From sequence record DRR723986_2292: a stretch of DNA of 52,782 bases; one strand, written 5' to 3'. Within the stretch, counting starts at the first letter, position 1. Each line of letters starts with the position of its first letter. The translations under genes were made by a program, and so were the position numbers. The notes below the pieces were generated by a model. The model was not told where the DNA came from and ran no database searches. It saw only the letters and a program-made list of their open reading frames with translations. Shown here in pieces: positions 47,581 to 52,782 of the stretch.

Positions 47581-49467
47581 TTAAAATGCAACGGAAAAAC
47601 TCAGCGAGATAAAATCCCTATCCTGCTGATCGTTATAATCGGCACCAAAGTAATTGGTGTATGAAATATCAGCCTGATAGGTGCTCAAGTAATCGGCACT
47701 CAGGCCAATACTCAATGCCTGACGGCCTTCAATAAAATTCGGTGGTGGTGAATAACCGCTCACATCGTGAGACCACGCCATATTTGGTGTTAGGTTCACC
47801 CCCTTGAAAACATCGGAATAGGTCAGACGCGCTCGCACTCGGTAGCCCCAGGAGAAGTCCTCGACAAATCCGTCGTCGGTGCAGTTTTGCGGCTGTGAAT
47901 TCGGCTGGACACCCGCTAACAGGCTCAACACAGGGTGCGAGTCACAACTCACCGGAATAATCCCCGGTAGCGGCGGTAATAAGTTGAGGATGGCCGGCGG
48001 TAGCGGCAGCCCGCTGTTTATTGGCTCAAAGTCACCAATGCCAAAGGTTGCCGAACGACCATAGTTAATCGCCTCGTTCATCCCCCCTATCCACACCCCA
48101 CCTACTTCGGCGGCGATCGCCAAGCGGTCTGCGCCCATTACCTGCTCAAAGAAGCGGATAAAGGTCATCTGCGCCTGGGTGTATTCAACATTATCGAAAC
48201 CATGCACCACGCCGCCGGGACCAGCGGCAGCGCCACGATCAGCAATCCGCGACCACTCGTTAAGCGAACCCAGCGCCAGTGTCTGGCTGATTTCTACAGT
48301 ATTAATCTGCAAGGGAAGCTCAGGCCGGTAACTGACCTCACCCGACACCGCCCACAGGCCGAGGTTCGTTGCGAAGGTCAGCGCGTAAACTTCGATATCT
48401 TCAGGAAACTCGAAAAAGTACTGCGGATTTTCAGGCTGGCCGGTCAGCGGGCTGAAGCTGGTCGCATTAATACCGCTCAATATCGGCGTGCGGCTGTGAT
48501 AGTTGACGTAATAGGCACCAATTTCCGTGCCGCCCAACCAGTCAAAGAAGTACCGACCTGCAATACCCCACTGCCCGGAATCGCCCGCCTCGTCATCGGC
48601 AGCGCGTGGCATAAAGCCCCCGGCAGCGACCTGATCAGCGTCGGGCGCCGCCGTCGACAAGGTCAGCTTGTCGCAACCCCCGCCATAGACATCCGCACTA
48701 CTCCAGTAGGTGCCGCAGCCTTCAAGAACCGTTCGCTTCCATTCGTATTGATAAAAAGCCTCAATGCTTAATTCCGCGGTAACGCCAATATTGGCGTATA
48801 GCAGCCCCACCGGCAGCAGCGCCTCTTTGATCTCAGAGCCTGGGCGGTGCAGCGCGGTCACATCGAAGGGACTAATAATATTCACGCCGTTTTGAATAAA
48901 CGTGCTTTCCCCCCAGCTCAACACCATATTGCCGGCCCGCAGTTCTACGGGGGCGGAGCCAAGCTCAAAGTTGCCGTAGAGGTAGTAATCCAAAAACTCA
49001 GCACCCTGGCTTTGGGCCAGGTCATCAAAGCCCTCCGTTTCCAGAGTGCCGTCAACACGGTAATTGTTTGGCACATGGCCGTGAGCGACTTCGCCCTCAG
49101 CCAAGGCATAGTCATACCAATATTTGAAACGCGTGAACAAACCGATGTTGTCCAGGCTCAACTCAAGGTCGTGCACCCCCTTGAATAACAGGGAATACAT
49201 ATCACCTTTGTCGTAATTTAAATTCCCATCATCGGTGGTACTCACCGACGCGCGCCCCTTACCGTTGGTGTTACCCGGACTGAGATAGTCCTCATCCGGG
49301 TCCTCCGCACGCCAACTGGCACCGAGAGAGAGGGTCGAATTGAAACTGCCTTCAACCTCCCCCCAGTTAAACGTCAACGCCTGACTCTGGATGGGAACAC
49401 CCAAGGTCAACGCACTTATACACACTGCTAGATAACGACGGGAACCAACTGCTGAAGTGTTCGCCAT
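47581..49467 (-). CDS. DUF1302 family outer-membrane beta-barrel protein
   Basis: Signal peptide; DDGNLNY, SWGESTFIQNG and DRDFISLSFSVAF with a terminal Phe (beta-signal). ATG 49467 after GAGGAG. Confidence 0.88.
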   Translation of the reverse strand: MANTSAVGSRRYLAVCISALTLGVPIQSQALTFNWGEVEGSFNSTLSLGASWRAEDPDEDYLSPGNTNGKGRASVSTTDDGNLNYDKGDMYSLLFKGVHDLELSLDNIGLFTRFKYWYDYALAEGEVAHGHVPNNYRVDGTLETEGFDDLAQSQGAEFLDYYLYGNFELGSAPVELRAGNMVLSWGESTFIQNGVNIISPFDVTALHRPGSEIKEALLPVGLLYANIGVTAELSIEAFYQYEWKRTVLEGCGTYWSSADVYGGGCDKLTLSTAAPDADQVAAGGFMPRAADDEAGDSGQWGIAGRYFFDWLGGTEIGAYYVNYHSRTPILSGINATSFSPLTGQPENPQYFFEFPEDIEVYALTFATNLGLWAVSGEVSYRPELPLQINTVEISQTLALGSLNEWSRIADRGAAAGPGGVVHGFDNVEYTQAQMTFIRFFEQVMGADRLAIAAEVGGVWIGGMNEAINYGRSATFGIGDFEPINSGLPLPPAILNLLPPLPGIIPVSCDSHPVLSLLAGVQPNSQPQNCTDDGFVEDFSWGYRVRARLTYSDVFKGVNLTPNMAWSHDVSGYSPPPNFIEGRQALSIGLSADYLSTYQADISYTNYFGADYNDQQDRDFISLSFSVAF

Positions 49468-49804
49468 GCTTATTCTCCTCGCTTTTTGGAGAGCAAAGTC
49501 TCTGCTTATTGCAGTCAGGCTAATGCCCAAGACGAGGTCAGCACTTGTCCTAGATCAAGGAATGCGGCATCGCGCCCGCAGAAGTGAATACACAGGCGCA
49601 CTAAGACACAGGATCGCCAAATGCCTAAACAATGTAGGCTTAGCGCGAGATTACTATCAAAGACAAGTGCATGAAGAAGGGGGATTTATACATAGAAGGG
49701 ATGGTCTATGACCTGTTCACACCAACGACATCGTCGCTTTAGTGTGAACAGACCACCGACACACTCAACGCAGATATTGTGCGCAAAGGAAAAGTGTGAC
49801 CTAT

Positions 49805-50821
49805 TTACTGGGCAAGCAGCCCATTCACAATGCGGTCATTGGCCATATCTATCGCCTTAAGAACACCATATCGGTAATACTCAGGGGTAGCGACAACAGA
49901 GATTTCCGTTGTTTTAGCAGAACCGCCGGTGAACAGGCCCACAGCAGAACTAAAGGCATTGGCGGCTTTTTGACTGCCAGAAGTGGTGTCTTCGTTCCGC
50001 CCGTAGGCCCCTCCAACTACGATGGGGTCCTTGAGACTGACATAGCCGTTATCTGAAAAGGTCCCACCTAAGTCAACAAGGAACTGCGCGGCAGAACCCG
50101 TCGTCACCTGAATACCTTGCCCTACGGCCACCGAGGCGCTCAGCGTGGTGCTTGTGCCGCCACCAAGAGGCACATCCTTAAAGTAATTCACTTCATAGTC
50201 AGTATCACTATCAAAGTACGCGAAATGAACATTGTAGTTGATGGCAAATACTGGTGCGCCCGCAGCTTCAGCCAATTCAGCAAAGGCATAAGGCATCGGC
50301 TTAACTTGGCTAATTTGATCGGGCACCGAGTATATATTCAGTGAATTCGCGGAGAAGGTCACCTGCTCAGGAGACGATTTCTTCAAAAAAGAAGACAGCC
50401 CCGAAGGCGTATAGGGAGCCGCTAGAGGCTTTAATTTTTTCCAAGGTTTTAGCTTTTGCAAATCGCTGACCGGCCTAACATTGAAACCCTTTGCAGTTAA
50501 ATCAGCGACAAAGTCAGCATATGCCTCGTCGGTAATTTTTTGGAAGGTGGTATCTGGCACGCCGGTTAAATTGGCCTTCAGGGTACTCTTTGCGTATTGC
50601 GAGCCACTGCTTTGACGAATCATGGGGCTTACAGACTTCGACGAGCTTGAGTCCTTAGTTACGAAAGAAACCGCAAACTGCGCAACATAGACATCTTTAC
50701 GCGCCCCGAGCGTAGCAACATTCTTACTTTCGAGGCGATCACCACCGCCACCTCCTCCTACTGAAGCACACCCCACTATCAACGCGGCTATACCGACGAC
50801 GACAATTAGCCTTTCTTTCAT
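49805..50821 (-). CDS. Hypothetical lipoprotein
   Basis: MKERLIVVVGIAALIVGC lipobox, Gly linker, AAGGAG RBS; AT-richer codon usage than the neighbours. Confidence 0.75.
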   Translation of the reverse strand: MKERLIVVVGIAALIVGCASVGGGGGGDRLESKNVATLGARKDVYVAQFAVSFVTKDSSSSKSVSPMIRQSSGSQYAKSTLKANLTGVPDTTFQKITDEAYADFVADLTAKGFNVRPVSDLQKLKPWKKLKPLAAPYTPSGLSSFLKKSSPEQVTFSANSLNIYSVPDQISQVKPMPYAFAELAEAAGAPVFAINYNVHFAYFDSDTDYEVNYFKDVPLGGGTSTTLSASVAVGQGIQVTTGSAAQFLVDLGGTFSDNGYVSLKDPIVVGGAYGRNEDTTSGSQKAANAFSSAVGLFTGGSAKTTEISVVATPEYYRYGVLKAIDMANDRIVNGLLAQ

Positions 50822-51185
50822 GCCTATCTCCTTGTCAAAATTATTTTCCAACGATAGGAGAAGCGCATAACGCTTGCACCCCCTTGTTCAGGGGGGATAT
50901 GCAAAGTGTGTGATAAAAAGCTAAATCAAGGGCGTAAGCTACGGCGACGACGGTGACGAGAAATTTATGACGGTGCATTTAGTAATAACTTTTCCAACCC
51001 CGGAGGAAGTGGTTGTTGATCTTGATGCGCGAAATAAATACCTGCTCGAACCGAAGGACGAAAACCTATACTGCTGTGGCGGAGTCTCACCGCCATACTT
51101 GGTAACTCTTCATTCAGAGAGTTCGCCGTCAGCCGACTAATTATGGCCGGGCTACTGGGGGCAACACCGTAATTGTTCGTTAGCA

Positions 51186-51620
51186 CTACTTCATCACGCG
51201 CGCTTGCACAGCAATTTTATTCCCGCCGTCACACCGCAAATTGCCACTAAACTCCGCTTCATAGTGTTTTCGCGAGCTGTTAATCACCTTCGCCCGCTCG
51301 CTGCCATCTGGCTGTAAACGGCAGCTTGTACCGTCTGCTAAGGTAATATCCAATTGCTTGAGCGATGAAGGCTGGCCCGGAAGTGTCATCACCTTGGCGG
51401 AGATCGCGGCGGCACCCATCGACTTCATATCCTCGCTCATACTCGCGCCGCCTACCATGGCAACCATAGATGTCCCGCCAGGAACGACAATACGGCCTCC
51501 AACGGTACCACTAAGGTCACCGGTGTAGTTTACCGTCCAGCCCCTCTCTGATTCGGCGCGGGCACTCCCAACACCCCCTATACACACTCCAAGAATGAGT
51601 GAAAAAAACGCACGTATCAT
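51186..51620 (-). CDS. Hypothetical exported protein
   Basis: MIRAFFSLILGVCIGGVGSARA signal-peptide-like start (ARA cleavage site); two further Cys. Start uncertain. Confidence 0.6.
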   Translation of the reverse strand: MIRAFFSLILGVCIGGVGSARAESERGWTVNYTGDLSGTVGGRIVVPGGTSMVAMVGGASMSEDMKSMGAAAISAKVMTLPGQPSSLKQLDITLADGTSCRLQPDGSERAKVINSSRKHYEAEFSGNLRCDGGNKIAVQARVMK

Positions 51621-51763
51621 CAAGTTAGGCTCAGCGCCAACATCTGGCGCCGTAGCGGTCTTGGCCTGCAGGGTGGTATGAATCATCCGTGATCTCCAAT
51701 ACTGTTTTAGGATGGACTTGATACCCGCTGTCCAGCGGAGTATCAACTCCTCATGAGTGGGGT

Positions 51764-52111
51764 TCAATGAACTCGGGTATATTCAAGGCGCATCAGCTGG
51801 TTTCCCTGAACCAAGGTATCTTTCCCCTTAATTCTCCAAGCCTCTTCACTCTCTCCCCGTTTGAAGACTAAGTAGGCGCGATCGCCCGAGTCACGAACAA
51901 ATATATCATCGTATACCTGGCGGCTGCCGTTCGCTTCGACAAAGTCATGCCCAATGGTAATTTCCTCCACTCCCATTACCGAAGCCATGGATCCAATCAG
52001 GCCATCAGCGCGGTCTGCAGCAAGTCTGTATTGCCCTTCATAGCCGTGGTCACCACAGGCATGGAGTATAAGCAGGGCGGTAAAGGAGAAAATGAAGCGT
52101 AATAGATTCAT
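51764..52111 (-). CDS. Hypothetical lipoprotein
   Basis: MNLLRFIFSFTALLILHAC lipobox-like sequence; AAGGTG upstream of ATG 52111. Confidence 0.65.
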   Translation of the reverse strand: MNLLRFIFSFTALLILHACGDHGYEGQYRLAADRADGLIGSMASVMGVEEITIGHDFVEANGSRQVYDDIFVRDSGDRAYLVFKRGESEEAWRIKGKDTLVQGNQLMRLEYTRVH

Positions 52112-52382
52112 AACAACACCTTCCTTGGCTAATGTCATTACGACATAGTAAAGCGCGGAAGCACCTTTTTGGCTAGCCATGACCCTGCCTTTTTGCTGTA
52201 CCGGTGAAGCGTTCACTTTCGCCAACGCAGCACTTCGTATCACGTCTCGTTCCGAACTGGAGAATCAGAAAAACAAAGACAACGGGAGTATTTGTTTATC
52301 TAATTCAGATACTTAAATAGCGATTTGCTTTCAACTACCGCTATAGCGTCAAATGAAATGAACACTATATGTGGAGGTAGAC

Positions 52383-52514
52383 ATGGGAGAGTTTACGGGG
52401 CTGATTGCAGCGATCGCTTTAGTCGCGTCAGCTATCGCAATTCCTGTGGTGATGTGGCGGTACGGCGACAAAATCGCTCACTGGTTCGACCGTTCTGACA
52501 AGGACAAGAATTAA
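52383..52514 (+). CDS. 43-aa single-TM small protein (below the ORF-track cutoff)
   Basis: GGAGG RBS just upstream of ATG; MGEFTGLIAAIALVASAIAIPVVMWRYGDKIAHWFDRSDKDKN*. Confidence 0.6.
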   Translation: MGEFTGLIAAIALVASAIAIPVVMWRYGDKIAHWFDRSDKDKN

Positions 52515-52698
52515 GGATCTTTTTGAAACCGTCTTGCAGACGTCTAAATTTGCCGACCTTAGCCCCAACGACCGAGAAACGGGCTCACATTAAAACTTGA
52601 GAGCTACGCAGTAACTGAGAGGTGAGCTTGAGCGAGAGGTCTTCAAAATGTGTCACAGAACCTATCACGGTCGTGCCACAACACCTTTATGGGAGCAT

Positions 52699-52733
52699 AA
52701 AAAAACCCGGTGCTGCTTTCGCAATACCGGGTT
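52699..52733 (-). terminator. Intrinsic terminator downstream of the tRNA
   Basis: Minus strand AACCCGGTATTGC-GAAA-GCAGCACCGGGTT followed by TTTTT. Confidence 0.8.
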
Positions 52734-52742
52734 CTTAAATAG

Positions 52743-52782
52743 TGGCGCGCTCGGGAGGATTCGAACCTCCGACCGCCTGGTT
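52743..52782 (-). tRNA. tRNA 3' half, probably tRNA-Arg(ACG); anticodon lies outside the window
   Basis: Minus strand AACCAGGCGGTCGGAGGTTCGAATCCTCCCGAGCGCGCCA: T-arm GGAGG-TTCGAAT-CCTCC and encoded CCA end; resembles gammaproteobacterial tRNA-Arg(ACG). Confidence 0.85.

Noticed and set aside
699-49530. Long N-terminal extensions in the ORF track (eda to 1523, desaturase to 7650, DUF547 to 9675, fabG4 from 15711, sthA to 23162, M14 from 25357, DUF1302 to 49530) and the many short overlapping ORFs
   Set aside because: They overlap neighbouring genes or lack an RBS, while downstream starts have RBSs or stop-start overlaps. The short ORFs are alternate-frame artefacts of GC-rich coding DNA.
50965-51186. 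73-aa minus-strand ORF
   Set aside because: Non-ATG start, no RBS or recognisable features; probably spurious.
49530-52782. tRNA-integrated prophage or ICE
   Set aside because: No integrase, phage or conjugation genes, and no att-like duplication of the tRNA 3' end within the window.
1-52782. CRISPR arrays, IS transposases, defence systems, rRNA, riboswitches
   Set aside because: No regularly spaced repeat-spacer units or recognisable motifs seen by eye. An Rfam/DefenseFinder scan would be needed to exclude divergent cases.

Overview
A GC-rich (roughly mid/high-50s % by eye) gammaproteobacterial chromosome segment; gene content suggests a marine Cellvibrionales/Spongiibacter-like organism (inference). 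It holds about 48 protein genes and the 3' half of a tRNA (probably Arg) at the right edge. I saw no CRISPR array, transposase or integrase. Left to right: Entner-Doudoroff operon edd-eda-zwf (zwf truncated); acyl-CoA catabolic genes; a six-gene operon of the 'arsenosugar/rSAM-selenodomain-associated' type with a fatty-acid hydroxylase and a MOSC gene but no radical SAM gene; a diguanylate cyclase; dps; a Kazal-type lipoprotein; a thiolase/FabG4/AraC/MaoC cluster; sthA; two convergent operons each headed by four tandem 11-bp Pho-box repeats (PAP2 - MJ1255/VC2487 glycosyltransferase - M14 peptidase - alpha/beta hydrolase facing PlcP/LpxH2-like phosphoesterase - OlsF-like acyltransferase); a histidine kinase/receiver pair; plsB; selO; alkB with divergent TetR; an AraC/orphan-membrane/lipoprotein module; a DUF1302-DUF1329-YCF48-RND cassette; and an AT-richer patch of orphan exported proteins beside the tRNA. 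The strongest candidate for a new system is the Pho-box-flanked island at 23771-30013, which reads as a phosphate-starvation membrane-remodelling locus with uncharacterised members. Family assignments come from motif recognition only; no database search was run.
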